Shown here piece after piece: positions 1 through 12,770 of a stretch of 64,000 bases of DNA. The DNA comes from Ruditapes philippinarum (Eukaryota). The notes below the pieces were generated by a model, which was not told the origin of the DNA, searched no databases, and was given only the letters and a program-made list of their open reading frames with translations. Each line of letters begins with the position of its first letter. Within the stretch, counting starts at the first letter, position 1. A program made the translations under genes and the position numbers. The stretch covers positions 124,001 through 188,000 of the forward strand of contig NW_026864289.1 in NCBI RefSeq assembly GCF_026571515.1, given 5' to 3'.

Positions 1-994
1 CAACTACAGGAACACTAGGGTTGACCTTTTCAGAGTTCACTTCACCAAGGTTAAGTTCAGATTTTTCTCCTACAACTTTTGAGCCAGTTACAATATTTCT
101 TGTCACTATGATATTTGAGCCCATTTTACCTTGTGCAGGACTAGAATATGGGAGTACAGGCTGTGAAACATTTCTCACTGTAGACTGGCCCTCTGTTTTA
201 TTCTTTTCTGGTGAAAGACTGGTCCCTGAGTTTTCTATATACTTTACAGGAGATATTGTGGTACTATCAATGTTATCTACAACACTTGTGGAGACACTTG
301 AAGCAGACAGAGTATTTGGACTAAAGTCACCTTGATTTGAAATTGATGATAATTTTACTTGACTGAGTAGAGATTTTGAAGCCTTTTCCAGGAAGATTTT
401 GAGATTGTGTGTGAGTTGAGCGTGCACAAGTAAAGCCCATGCCGTCATAAAACCCTGCGGGCAATAATTACACTTCAGTTCTGCAAAATAAAAATTGTGT
501 GAACTGTACCATAAAATATATTCTGCAGTTTTATAATATTATTTAAAAATCATCTTTAAAACAGTATTCAGTTAATGGCTTCATTATTTTAAAGTATATG
601 TGATAGACATAAATTGTTTTTAGACAAAGAAAATCATTAAATTCTCTGAAACTATTGACAGAAAGGCGGTTCATTCATTAAATTTTAAGAAATAAAGACA
701 TTTAATATGTTAAGTATTGATCATTAAAATTATTGTGGCATGCTGATGATTACTGTGAATCAACCTTGTCATATATATTTATATTTTTGTTGTTGTTGTT
801 TTGTTGTTTTTTTATGGTGCACCAACACAATTTAGGTCACAAGGCGCCGAAACAGGACAGCACATACCTGGATCTTGGTTTTGTATATCAGTGTCATCAT
901 CACAGTCCAGTTTCTTATGCTGTATAAACAAAGTGATACATTGCAGAGGAAACTCTCTCAGACACTGACCGCAGGTAAGGTAGTCAGTAGCCAT
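1..994 (-). CDS. BCL11A/B-like (or ZNF296-like) zinc-finger transcription factor, 5' part; coding exons 994-868 and 480-<1
   Basis: Exon 994-868 encodes MATDYLTCGQCLREFPLQCITLFIQHKKLDC, the BCL11 N-terminal CCHC finger. The phase-1 intron (donor CAG|GTATGT, acceptor TTTTGCAG|) joins to ELKCNYCPQGFMTAWALLVHAQLTHNLKIFLEK, matching the first BCL11 C2H2 finger (F..AW.L..HAQ..H.L.I.LE). The frame stays open through a Ser/Thr-rich region to the window edge. The true start could lie further upstream. Confidence 0.85.
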
Positions 995-2845
995 TTTGCA
1001 GTCCCAACTATCACACAACCATTCTATACAAATAAACAATAAAATCATGATAATCTATTAACTGAAACAATCATTCTGTACAAATAAACAATAAAATCAT
1101 GATTAATCTAGTAACTGTGCTTTTTTCTAAATTAACAGATCTTAGAATGGGTTTCAGACATTTTATCTCCTTAGGGTCTTTTCACCTTTATCTACAAAAC
1201 ATTAGGCTAAGCTCTATTTTTTCATCAAATTGTCTATGCTCCCCTTTGTGGATTGCATATACTTGTAGCTTAAAAGGCTTATCATTCAATTGAAAAAAAT
1301 TCTCCAATAATGCCACCTTTGCCTCTGAAGTAAGCTGTCCATTGCATATCTAAGTGGCTAATTGTCTTTGTAGTACAGATACAAGAATCAGGGTCAGCTC
1401 AGTCCTTAAACTAACTTGGCATTGAAGCTTACAATGATTTTTTATTGTCTCAAATATTTGACTGGAAGTATGACATAAGAAGTAAAGTTGTAAACTGTCA
1501 TCATTAGATTGTAGTCTGTATAATCTAGATATATGTGGGAGTAAAATACAATCATCTAGATAAGACAGACTTGATCATTGTCAATTGTGACACATTTAAA
1601 ATCTACAGTACTTAACTAACAGACAATAGTTTAAAACCACATTTTTTTTCCAAGTCAATCCCTGGATTTTGTTTAAATGACTTGCCTTCTCCAAAGGATT
1701 TGCAACCTTCATACATTGTATTACCAATTACAAGTTTATAAGAATCATGTGTTTTTTTTTTTGTAAATGAAAAATTTACAATCTGTAGGTATTACTAAAG
1801 TTATCTATGTTTCATATCTCTTTTTTGTACACAGTATTTTTAAATGGCAATACAGATTAAAGGGACTCCACTGAGGTTTTCTTGACAAGACAAGACTGGA
1901 AATAATTTTTGAGATTAGCACTTCATTTGATGATTCTAGACTTATACCTTGTGTGCAAATTACAACTCATTCTATCATTCCGTTTTTCCAAAATCATTCA
2001 TCTGTCAATTGTAACATAAGACTTAAAATTGAAAGGCGTTGCAACGCTTTTCATGCAAATCGGGCTAAGAATAAAAATATGATTTTGGATTTATTTCTGA
2101 GGTATAATCATCAATTGTCTTTGCATTTTTTCTGCTTTGAAGAGACCCAGCTGATCTGTGGAAAAACAACAACAAATTTTATCACTGTTTATGGTTTTTG
2201 GGCTTGTAGACCTCAGTGCATTTCCTATAAACAGACCAAATATTTTCTACATGACTATAAAAAAAGAGCAGTCATTTATTTAATACTCATTTCAAAACAT
2301 ATTGCCACTCTTTCAATATCACCATGACACATTAAATATTACTGTGTTGAACCCCTAGCCAAGATGACCCTAGGAGTAGGACTAAGATGGGCAATCTACA
2401 GGATTAGACACCTATGAGTATGTATTATTTCAGAAGTAAAACTTGTATATAATGTACTAACGAAAAGGAAGTGAACCGTATATATACTAATTAATTCAAC
2501 GTGAACAGTTTGACCCATTTTACAAACTTTTTTTCATACTGTCAAACTGTTGGACAAAGACATCACCCGTCCAAAATTATCTCAATGTCAGCTGTATCCT
2601 TTTTACCTGTTCTAATTCAGCTTTGCTTTTACCGCAGTCTTGTAGTTCTTTTTAAACTTATTATTTTATACCTATAAATTTGCACTTAACACATTTGTTT
2701 TTGACAGCTATTCCCAGACAACGTGCCAGCTTAGTGTAATCGTTTACGATTTTGAAGCAGTATGATGTAAATGTAAAGATGTAGATGCCTCTTTGACAAG
2801 TCTACTTCACTTTTACTTTTGTAGGGTCGCGAGATCAGAAATAAT

Positions 2846-2899
2846 ACGGGGAAGTCAAAGACCGGGCCCGCGAAGCGGGTCCGGGCTTTGGCTTGCCCG
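2846..2899. repeat. GC-rich hairpin with GCGAAGC mini-loop
   Basis: gggaagtcaaagaccgggcccGCGAAGCgggtccgggctttggcttgccc is an imperfect inverted repeat in a CpG-richer segment between the divergent BCL11-like and SLC52 genes. Confidence 0.7.
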
Positions 2900-4606
2900 G
2901 CTATAGACTACACGTGTATATTTAAAAGAAAATCAAATAAAAAACAATTAAAAAATATATAGAATTCTATACCTATCAATGAAATTTTCAGTGTCAGTTC
3001 TAGTCGGGCGCCGCCATTTACAATGTAACTCAATGATAAAAGGCGGGGTATTCCGATAACGGAACAAATCTCAACTTTTCGGATAAAAGATAATCGTCGA
3101 GTATTCCGAGTGAAAACGGAAGCGGTGCATGTAATACCGAATGACACCTTTAAAACGGAAAGAATGAAAGGAATTTTTAACGACTTCCCCGTTCATAGGC
3201 TTTGCCTAATTTCATATTAAGTGATTGTTAAGCTTAAACTGTTAAAGGGTCAAGTTGGTCCTTTACCCAGATGCACTTACTTTACTTCTCATTAAAGTCA
3301 AACAACATAATGTAACTATAAGAAACCTGACAAGTTAAAATGATAATGAATAATTTAGCACAGATTTTCAAACAGATGGAAAGATTCCGTTTGTGCCGAG
3401 TGCAAAAATGTACATGCTGATATTAGAGAATTCGACGTTTTTTTTGCCTCGAAAGTGCGTTGAATTACTTTGAAATATTTTGACGAATAAATACATTTTA
3501 GTTCTAAAATATATTCTTAAAGGGAGACTTTTTATGCAAAGACATTGAAGGAAATAAAGAATATGTGTGTAAATTTTGTCCGAAATTCAGTCACCTTGTT
3601 TATACGGAAGTTGCTTCACGGTAACGTAATAATAATGTGTTGTGACGTTTGCAATTTTTTTAAAGACATTTGTCAGATTGCCAATTCATTGATTTCCTAC
3701 TGTTAAATTTCAAATAAAAAGTTCATTTGAAGTAATTAAGCTTCCTTATAAGTGTTGTCAATGCGTTTCAATGAGAATTAATGTATGATGCAATATTTCC
3801 CTTGATAGAAGCGACCTTGTAGTTTTCTATGCGGTGTTCACGTAAACAAAGTCACAGCAGTTTAATCCTATCGATAGTTAATAGGAAGTTAAAGTTAACT
3901 TCGAATCATATTGCAAGTTCATGATCTCCAAGTTTACCATTCGATTCAAATATATTGTTTTTGCTGATTGCGTTACGTCTCATTTTACGGAGATACAGAG
4001 AAAAAAAACAGCGATTCTTACATAACCTCATACCCATAGTTCACGTGTTTAACCTTCACAATTACTTTATATACATAATGTACGTGTACTTGTGGAGTTA
4101 CTTTTCAATAGATTTGAGATATTGAAGTAGTCTTAGATATATCTTAAAAGAAGTTATTCATACTGTAAGTTATTTGTTTTTACCTTAAACTTTCAAATTA
4201 AAACTATTTTATTGAAATTGAATTGAATTCATTTGTAGCATACTGTATATATATACATGTAGGTCTGTTGCTTTTCATCTGGTATTACTTAGCATTACCA
4301 TTTTGGAACCGGCCCGGGTCCGCTAAGTTGTTTTTTTCTGTAAAGTTATGTTAATTGGAAAATAGGATTCTCCATTACAGAGTCTGAGACATTGAATTTG
4401 TGAATTTAAAATTATAATAATTGACACAGTTTTTGAAACAGGAGTTGCTTAGCTGCAGGGAGAGGGTTCTCTAAATGCCTTAAATCAAAATTAATTGAAT
4501 ATTTGTTAATCCCAGCACCATGGAGCTTTATGTTATTACATTCTGTTATAATTAAAAGTCTCTGCCAGCACATACATTTATACATTATCACTTTAAAGCT
4601 GATTTG

Positions 4607-5430
4607 AAACAAGAGCTGTCATCCAAGTGACGAATGCCTCTGAAAAGGTTTCTTAAGCATGCAGGTATTATGAAAAGAAAAGAGAATGAAAGTAACTAAT
4701 TGCTGAATATTGCTCTTGATAGCACGAACCTTCAAAATATAAGCGTGACATTGACATTTGAAGAAGGGACGTGGTTCCTGGACGCGACAAAAGGTTGTTA
4801 TGATATAGAAATTTGTGCCAAGTTATTTCAAAATCCCTCAATGCGTGACAGTCTGGACATGATTGTTGTGTAAGTGGGGACACACGGACAGACGGACATG
4901 AGCCTTAGCCGCGACACATTTCCTTGACGTGGTAGACATTTATGCTTAGTTATTTTAAAATCATTCAATGCATGACAAAGTTACAGTCCGGACACAAATG
5001 TGTGTACCTATTTCCTCTAATTGCCATAATGAGAAACTTCAAAATGATAGTGTGACCTTGACCTTTGAGGTAGAGACGTAATTCTTGGACGCGACACATC
5101 GTATTAATGTGGTAGACATTTATGCCTAGTTATTTTAAAATCATCCAATGCATGACAAAGTTACAGGTCGGACACGAATGAGTGTACCTATTTACTCTAA
5201 TGCGACAATGTGTAACTTCAAAATGATAGTTTGACCTTGACCTTTGAGGTAGGGACGTGGTTCTTGGACGCGACACATCGTCTTGATGTGGTAGACATTT
5301 GTGCCAAGTTATTTCAAAATCCCTCAATGTATGACAAAGTTACAGTCCGGACACGAATTAAGTGGGGACGCACAGACGGACGGACGCACAGACGGTGCGA
5401 TCATATTATGCCTCCCTGGGGGGCATAAAA
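4607..5430. mobile_element. Non-autonomous element with internal ~180-bp tandem repeats (Helentron/HINE-like)
   Basis: Starts aacaagagctgtc...gacgaatgcc and ends atgcctccctgggggcataaaa (short terminal palindrome). Internal units recur (gtggtagacattt at ~4929, ~5109, ~5288; tgaccttgacctttgagg), with ggac/agac microsatellite-like runs. A similar 5'-end fragment lies at ~47152-47230. Confidence 0.7.
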
Positions 5431-5546
5431 AGACGTATAAGCTTTAAGCTAGGAACTGCCCATTAATTATGTCAGAGGTTTTGTATCAACATGCTAAAAT
5501 TAATCAGATAGAAGTTCATAATCTGGTCATCCTAGCACTCCATACT

Positions 5547-5995
5547 CACAGGCACGAGTATCGGACCTGGGAAGAAACAAATATGGCCAGATTGGTAAAA
5601 AAACCCTGTGTTTATCTTAAATATGTCAAAAACCAAAAAAATGTGAAATATGAGCCCCCTTAAAAATATACTATAAGTTAAGAGAAGGCCGGAAACTCCT
5701 GATTCGTGCTAAAAATCCCTGGTAGGCAAAATTGCGGTACGTAAACATAAACTAACACATGTTCGTCAGCCGAGTACGGGTCAAAATCTGATGAATTTAC
5801 TAAATAATGATACTTAGTACATTAAGTGGAACCACTCACAACCCCTTACCGTGAGTAACTTATAGTATATTTTTAAGGGGGCTCATATTTTACAATTAAT
5901 TTTTGGTTTTTGACACATTTAAGATGAACACAGGTTGTGTTTTTTATCAATTTGGTCATATTTTTTTCTTCCCAGGTCAGATACTCGTGCCTGTG
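5547..5995. mobile_element. MITE with ~135-bp TIRs and 8-bp TSD (hAT/P-type)
   Basis: CACAGGCACGAGTATC...ctataagtta at the left is inverted at taacttatag...GATACTCGTGCCTGTG at the right. Direct repeat TCCATACT at 5539-5546 and 5996-6003. Confidence 0.88.
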
Positions 5996-6918
5996 TCCAT
6001 ACTTTGGACTCGGGCAAATTATTGTCGCTGCTTACGTTCCATAAGTTCGAATTTTTAGACAAAATTTGTTGACAGAAAACTACATTAATACTTTAAATCA
6101 AATTTTGCAAAACACTTACATTGAAAACATTGACTGTAAAATTTACAATCATAAAACCTTTCATGTGCTAATAAAAATGTTCGTATAGTCAACATTAGCT
6201 AGAGCGCTATCTAATAATAAAATATCGAGTATTAAGTGCTGCATTTGTTACATGCGATTTTTAAACTGTATCATATTCATTTGGTGTCCAAACGTTTGAT
6301 ATTACGCCTTTGTCTGGTTTAAACCGGTATCTATATGGATATAATTTATGAAAGGCGCACTCTATCAATGTCATTCTGTTGTTCAGAGCAGGATTGATAA
6401 AGTGGTGGCCATCTAAAGACTCTGCTTCTGATTTTGTTTATCATTTATAAGAAATATACCTATAGTTATACTAGGTGCACGTGACATTTACATAATACAG
6501 ATGTTTGTTTTTTTTGTCTAGAAAGTATAAGGTACTTTAAGGCTATTGCATTGCAGTGTTATATAAGCAATATTTATTTATTATAATTTAACTGCACGCT
6601 CATAAAACCAATCTCACGATCTTTGAAGCTATGTTTTATTTCATCATTTTTTATTAACCGTATAATAACGATACATATTGCAACATGCTTATTGCATCGG
6701 TAACCTTTCTAAATCTTGTAGGTTATAGTAGTAAATTAACATCTTTATTACTACATTTCTACATACATTCACACGTTTTGCTTTTTAATGCTAGTGTTAA
6801 TAAATGTTTCTTTTCTTTATATTTAGTTGCTTTACAGCTTAGCGACCAACGTAACTGGGTAACTCAGACGCTGTGTAGACACTATTGAGAATTCATTTTG
6901 AGCAACGCAGTGACAGAT

Positions 6919-8768
6919 ATGGAGGCAAAATGTTGTTCCGAAGTGAAGCTTTTAGTCTGTATCATAATCGTTCTATTTGGAATGGGATCGTGGATCGCTA
7001 TCAACGGAATATGGGTGGAGTTACCTATCCTTGTAGATCGTCTGCCTGAGGGCTGGAATCTACCCTCGTATATGACAGTGGTGATACAGATCGCTAATAT
7101 CGGACCTATAGCTTACACAGTTTTGAGTGTCCTGAAACCTGGGAAGTCGTATGAGAAACCCGTTGTGTTTTTAATGGTGTTCGTAGGAGCAACAGCATCG
7201 TTGCTTCTTGCGTTCTTTTGGATGGAAACGTCGGTGGTAGGTGGTACGGAGCACAGTACAGCTTTACTTATTCTCATGTTTTTCTTGTCACTGGTTGACT
7301 GTACATCTTCTGTGGTTTTTCTACCATTCATGAACACGTTCAAAGCAGGGTATATGACTTCATATTACATCGGAGAAGGATTTAGCGGTCTTGTGCCAAG
7401 TTTAGTTGCTCTTGGCCAAGGAGTAGGGCAGGTTGAATGCCACAATATTAGTTCAGTCAACACAACGTCCAACACTACCGAGTTTTCCGTGCAAGCCGTT
7501 TACTTGCCCTCCAAATTTCCCGTGAAAGATTTCTTTCTGTTTATATTTGCAATGATGCTGACATGTGGTATAGCATTTCTAATGCTTAATTATTTGCAAT
7601 ATTGCAAAACTGAACACGTCGACAGCAACAAGAAGAATTCCTATGAGCTTGACGTAAGCACGACCGCATCAAGCACCCAGAAATTTGTTGATTCTACAGG
7701 TGAAGAAGATATTGATTTTAAAGGAAAACATGGAGTTGATGGAAATTTAACAAAGAAAATGTCTTTCATAGACTATTTATACTTTCTATTTTTGATAGCA
7801 TGGGTGAATGCTTTAACTAATGGTATTTTACCGTCCGTCCAGTCGTACGCATGTCTACCATATGGTTCTGAACCCTATCATCTAGCTGTAACACTGTCAA
7901 ACATAGCCAATCCAGTAGCGTGTTTCGTTGCATTCTTCCTCCCCGTCGGATCTGCCGGAATTATAGGATTGATCTCTCTCGTCGGCACTTTGGTGTCTGC
8001 ATACATTATGGTACTAGCTGCTGGCAGCCCGACCCCGGTACTTGTTGAATCTAGCGCTGGTGGCATTTTAGTGGTAGGTACTTTACATTCTTACAGAAGT
8101 TTATGTGTATACTTGATTACAATTATGTACCGATAAATTTACATGTTATATTGTTTTCAGAACAGAAATCTATAGAGTCAAAAAGTAAAGGACGTCTTTG
8201 GTCGAGTGGGTAAGGTCGTCAAACGACTTGCTTGTAACTGCTGTAGGTTCGAGCCACGTTAGCGTCTTCGGATTCTATCTTTAGCGACTATTTAGCGTAC
8301 AGAAAGTCTGTGGCTCTACTCCGGGGCCCATTTGTGCCTGAAATAGCGCAACAGAGGGGCATCTGTAAAGCTTGAAAATCACCACCTGACCTATACTGTG
8401 TTGGTGCGAAACCCAAGTCAAAAAGTAACAAATTATCACTCCTAATACACTCAATCGAGCACTATTTGAGACTGCTTGATATCGCTTCTCCAGTTTTATT
8501 AGTATATTAAATAATTTTACAATATATTTTCTAACCAGTGCTTAACTTTTTCTATGACCTATATTTTCAGGTATTTGCTTACGTCGTAGTGTACCTAACC
8601 TTGACCTTTACTAAAGTTTCCATAGCAACACTATTCAGGTTTGAAGGAAGGAAAGGTTTACTATGGTGCGGCGCTATCACTCAACTGGGTTCAGCAATTG
8701 GAGCCGCTATAATGTTTGTAGTGGTGAACGTGTATACTTTATTCCAACAGAAATATCCATGCACGTGA
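6919..8768 (+). CDS. SLC52 family riboflavin transporter (SLC52A3/RFVT-like), ~450 aa; exons 6919-8073 and 8571-8768
   Basis: Family motifs FGMGSWIAINGIWVELP, LPEGWNLPSY, VDCTSSVVFLPFM, GEGFSGLVPS, NGILPSVQSYACLPYG, ANPVAC and WCGAITQLGSAIGA, with many hydrophobic helices. Phase-0 intron GTG|GTAGGT...TTTTCAG|GTA; TGA at 8766-8768. Confidence 0.93.
8196..8420 (+). mobile_element. Degenerate tRNA-derived SINE in the SLC52 intron
   Basis: A-box-like ggtcgagtgggtaaggtcg and B-box-like ggttcgagcc; body and tail (tgaaata..gaggggcatctg..gacctatactgtgttggtgcga) match the copy at 52297. Confidence 0.7.
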
Positions 8769-9529
8769 CCAGAAGCTTAATTTTAAGCTTTCTTAGCGTC
8801 CATTTTAGTCGTGTTCTTATACATTTGGTTTCAACAATACAAATTTAATATGATCTGGTTAGTGATCTAAAATAACTGATTGCTCATACTTTTTTATACA
8901 GAATTGTGATAGTTTAATGAAATTAAATGTTATTTATTATCTAGATTATTTAAAGTGCATCTGGTCATGACATTGCATTATAACATTCTTATCACTCAAA
9001 AACTCTTTAAAGACGGCTAGTTCATTATCTAGTCTACCTGCGCGGCATCTTATTTCTATAGGCATGCGACAGATACAACGTACTCCAATGCCGGTGATAA
9101 TATGTAACATCATTAAAAGAACTGATATGTCAATTGATATATATAAAAAAAATCATAATTTTAGTTATGATTGATGCTTTATACATGGACAGTGATGCAT
9201 TTTACGTTCATATTTTTTCTTTAACACTTCAAGTTATGAGACATGTATGCGATATTTGATAATGATGTTGTTTTATATATTCTTAATCTTTAGAACTTTT
9301 TACTTAGTGAAATGAAGTTTTATTTGGCTTTTTAAAAAAGATGTATCAAAGTATAACTATAAGAAAGCATAGCGCTGGATTTGTCACTTTAATTGTTACA
9401 AGGGACCATTTTGCTTCAGTTATTTTACATTCCTGTTCTAGTGAATTTCAAGTCACATGGACACTCTGACACTGTTATGGTAATTTTCTAGCTAAATTGT
9501 TGAAAGATGAATATTTCATTTGTTATATA

Positions 9530-11054
9530 TACTCAAAACAAAAAGTTTAGTCAGTATTTTGATAATGTGATATGTACTACACGCTATTAAGTAGCAATTT
9601 ATACTAGCATGTGTAATCATGCTGAACGCCTGAGCTATTCAATATTTGTTGATTTTATCGTGTACTCTTGAAATGTGCACGCTTTTCACGAAGACGTCAA
9701 AATGCACGTGCACCACATGTTTGCACAGTCCCGTGTCACTAAGTTTAATTTTACTAGTGGTACAACACGTGTTTTCGTATACAAACCTGAATTCTTAAAG
9801 AAAAAAATTAAAACTTTGTCATGGGACGTCGCCTTGGCATGACGTTAAACAATAGGCTTATAGCTATCGGTATGCTCAACGGTGGATCAACCGTTAACCA
9901 CGTCGCACTCCATTTTCATGTGCATGAGCGGATAATTTACCGTCTCCAGTCCAGGTACAGACAAACAAACAATGTTAAAGATAGACCGCGTTCTGGAAGA
10001 CCAAAGAAAACAACGCAACGTGAAGACAGGTACCTGGTGACGTCGTCGCGACGTAATCGTTTTTTGACTAGCACTGAACTGTTTAACCGCTTACATACTG
10101 CAACAGGAACTAGAATTTCGTTGGGTACCGTTCGTAACCGTCTCAGAGCTGCAGCATTACGGTCCAGACGTCCGTTGGTTGGAGTACCGTTAACGCAACG
10201 TCATCGCCGCGCGCGTTTAAACTGGGCCCGGCAATACCTCGCTTGGACAAGACAGCAATGGGCAAGGGTGGTGTTCACCGATGAATCGAGATTCAATCTG
10301 CAGGCAGCTGACGGAAGACTTCGGATATGGAGGCGAAAAGGCGAACGTTTTGACGTCTCAAACATTGTACAGCGAGATCGGTATGGAGGCGGTAGCGTGA
10401 TGGTATGGGGTGTTACCGGTATATCATACTCGGGGACTACACAGCTGGTAACAATCAACGGTAACCTTAATGCTATTGGATACCGTGACAATATCATTGG
10501 GCCAGTGGTTTTGCCATATCTACGTCAGGGCAACGCTGACGTCCTGCAGCATGATAACGCCAGGCCACACACCGCTCGGGTAACACGGGACTTCTTGAGG
10601 CAAAACAACGTCCGGGTGCTCGACTGGCCGGCCAGATCCCCGGATTTATCTCCAATAGAGCACCTCTGGGACCATCTTGGCCGCAAGGTACGTCAACGTA
10701 ATGACGTCAACAACCTGAGGGATCTGGAACGAGCGTTACATGAGGAATGGTTGAACATTCCACTCCAAGTCATCAGACGGCTGATCAACAGCATGAGGAG
10801 GCGCTGTTTGGCAGTCATCAACAAAGCAGGAGGACACACCCGCTACTGACATCCTCTAGAATTTCGCTTTCGACCCCTAGATGACGCGAATGACGATTAA
10901 CTTCTTGCAATTGATTGAATTTTGTTTTGATGTGGATGAAATTAAAGAAGATACTTTACTGATTTCGAAAAATGTTTTCTTGTTTATTTCTTTACAGCTT
11001 CGATACATCAGTCCTATCATCTTTGTGTACTGGCTAAACTTTTTGTGTTGAGTA
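9530..11054 (+). mobile_element. Full-length Tc1-family DNA transposon
   Basis: TIRs TACTCAAAACAAAAAGTTTAGTCAGTA (left) and TACTCAACACAAAAAGTTTAGCCAGTA (right, reverse complement) differ at 2 positions. TA dinucleotides flank both ends (exact end ambiguous within TA runs). Confidence 0.92.
9821..10849 (+). CDS. Tc1 transposase, DD34E, 342 aa, uninterrupted
   Basis: Paired-like HTH N-terminus, RSGRPKKT linker, FTDESRF, VMVWG, QHDNARPH and WPARSPDLSPIEHLW; 34 residues counted between the second D and the E. Confidence 0.96.
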   Translation: MGRRLGMTLNNRLIAIGMLNGGSTVNHVALHFHVHERIIYRLQSRYRQTNNVKDRPRSGRPKKTTQREDRYLVTSSRRNRFLTSTELFNRLHTATGTRISLGTVRNRLRAAALRSRRPLVGVPLTQRHRRARLNWARQYLAWTRQQWARVVFTDESRFNLQAADGRLRIWRRKGERFDVSNIVQRDRYGGGSVMVWGVTGISYSGTTQLVTINGNLNAIGYRDNIIGPVVLPYLRQGNADVLQHDNARPHTARVTRDFLRQNNVRVLDWPARSPDLSPIEHLWDHLGRKVRQRNDVNNLRDLERALHEEWLNIPLQVIRRLINSMRRRCLAVINKAGGHTRY

Positions 11055-12029
11055 TATATTTTTGAAATTTTCAGGTGCTTATCTTTTTTTTTCAAATTAT
11101 TTACCAAAGTCTACATGTATTAAACCTCGGTATTGAATACATAGATATGATGGCACAGTCTACGAAATAAATAAAACACATATAGACTATTAAAATTTTA
11201 TATTTGTCATTTTTGTCTCTTATGACTATTCATGATATTTTTTTGTAATGTGAAGGCAAGTACATTAATTTTCAATGTGTTCACAATTTATATCCTCGGG
11301 CAGACAAATGTTTCATTATTTCTGTTATCAAGTTTCTTATCTCAATTATTGAGTATGTAATACTGATACATATATATTCATTCATATGACAATTTTATAA
11401 TAGTTAAAAAAAACAAAACATGTTAACCAACGTAGAGAAAAACTAATAAAATTGTAATTTAGCGCCGGAAATGGTTATTGGTATAGTTGAAAGCTTCTCA
11501 ACCGTATTTGGCGCACACATTGCCGATAACCGCTTAGAATCACGTGACCGAAATGTTTTAAAGGAAAACGATTTTGCGGAAATAATGAAAATGTGAAATC
11601 ATTCTATTCTTTCTTGTGTTCTCACTATATTAAGACTGATTTTTCGTTGGTTTTACAACTTCACCAGTTTTATTGGTTATTGTTGACTTTATGTCACTTG
11701 ATTCCAATCTGTTGCAAGTATAGAAAGTTTTTATTTTGTATTCATATTGTGTGCATTTCATTTCATTTTGTTGGAAAAGCTATATTATGTTGTAAAAACA
11801 TTATTTTTACTTATTAAATTATTTTCTTTTCATTTATTTTTTATACATTTCGAATTTTTACGAACATGTTTTATTGCATTGTAAAAGTCTGTGTTTTTTT
11901 GTAATTTTAGAGTAATTTGATTCGTGAAATCTATGTAGGATCTGATAGAGGGTGTAATTTTGATAGACAGGAATGTGTACTGGTTATACACAATATAGAA
12001 CACAATAGGAGACCCGTGATAGAATAGAT

Positions 12030-12770
12030 CTGATAATATACATGTAAATTCTGTGTAACAGTGTTTGATAATTATATATGTGTTGTATAAAAGTGCTGTG
12101 TTTGATAATTATATACAAGTATGTGCTACACAAAAGTGTACCTGTTTGATAATGAATTATGTGCTGTGTAAAAGTGCACGTGTTCAATAATTATATATAC
12201 AAATAAATGCTATATAATTAAATTCAATTCAATATTATTTGCATTAAACATGAAATAATACTGATATAAATAATACATTAAATATATAAAAGTGCACATA
12301 TTTAATATTTGTATATGTACTGTATAAAAGTGCACTGTTTGATAATTTTATATGTGCCTTATAAAGTACATGTGTTTGATTATGAAATATATGCTATATA
12401 AAGAACACGTGTTTGATAATTATGTATGTGCTTTATAAAGTACACTTGTTTAATAATGAAATATGTGCTTTATAAATTTGCTTTATAAAGTACGCTTGTT
12501 TGATAATGAAATATGTGCTTTATAGGTATGCAATATAATAATGTACACGTGTGTGATAATGAAATATATGCTTTATAAAGTACACGTGTGTGATAATGAA
12601 ATATATATGTTTTATAAAGTACATGTGTTCGATAATGAAATATGTACTTTATAAAGTACACGTGTGTGATAATGAAATATATGCTATGTAAAGAATAGTG
12701 TTTGATAATTATGTATGTGCTTTATAAAGTACACTTGTTTGATAATGAAATATGTGCTTAATAAATTTGC
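12030..12770. repeat. Minisatellite, ~33-bp unit
   Basis: Recurrent gtttgataatgaaatatgtgctttataaagtacac units, more homogeneous in the right half. Confidence 0.85.

Noticed and set aside
21-335. 104-aa plus-strand ORF
   Set aside because: Antisense shadow of the open minus-strand BCL11-like exon.
7113-10497. Minus-strand ORFs 7113-7343, 7878-8066 and 10201-10497
   Set aside because: Antisense to the SLC52 and transposase coding sequences, with no independent motifs.
12030-12770. ~33-bp repeats as a possible CRISPR array
   Set aside because: Units are contiguous with no unique spacers, there are no cas genes, and the context is eukaryotic; this is a minisatellite.
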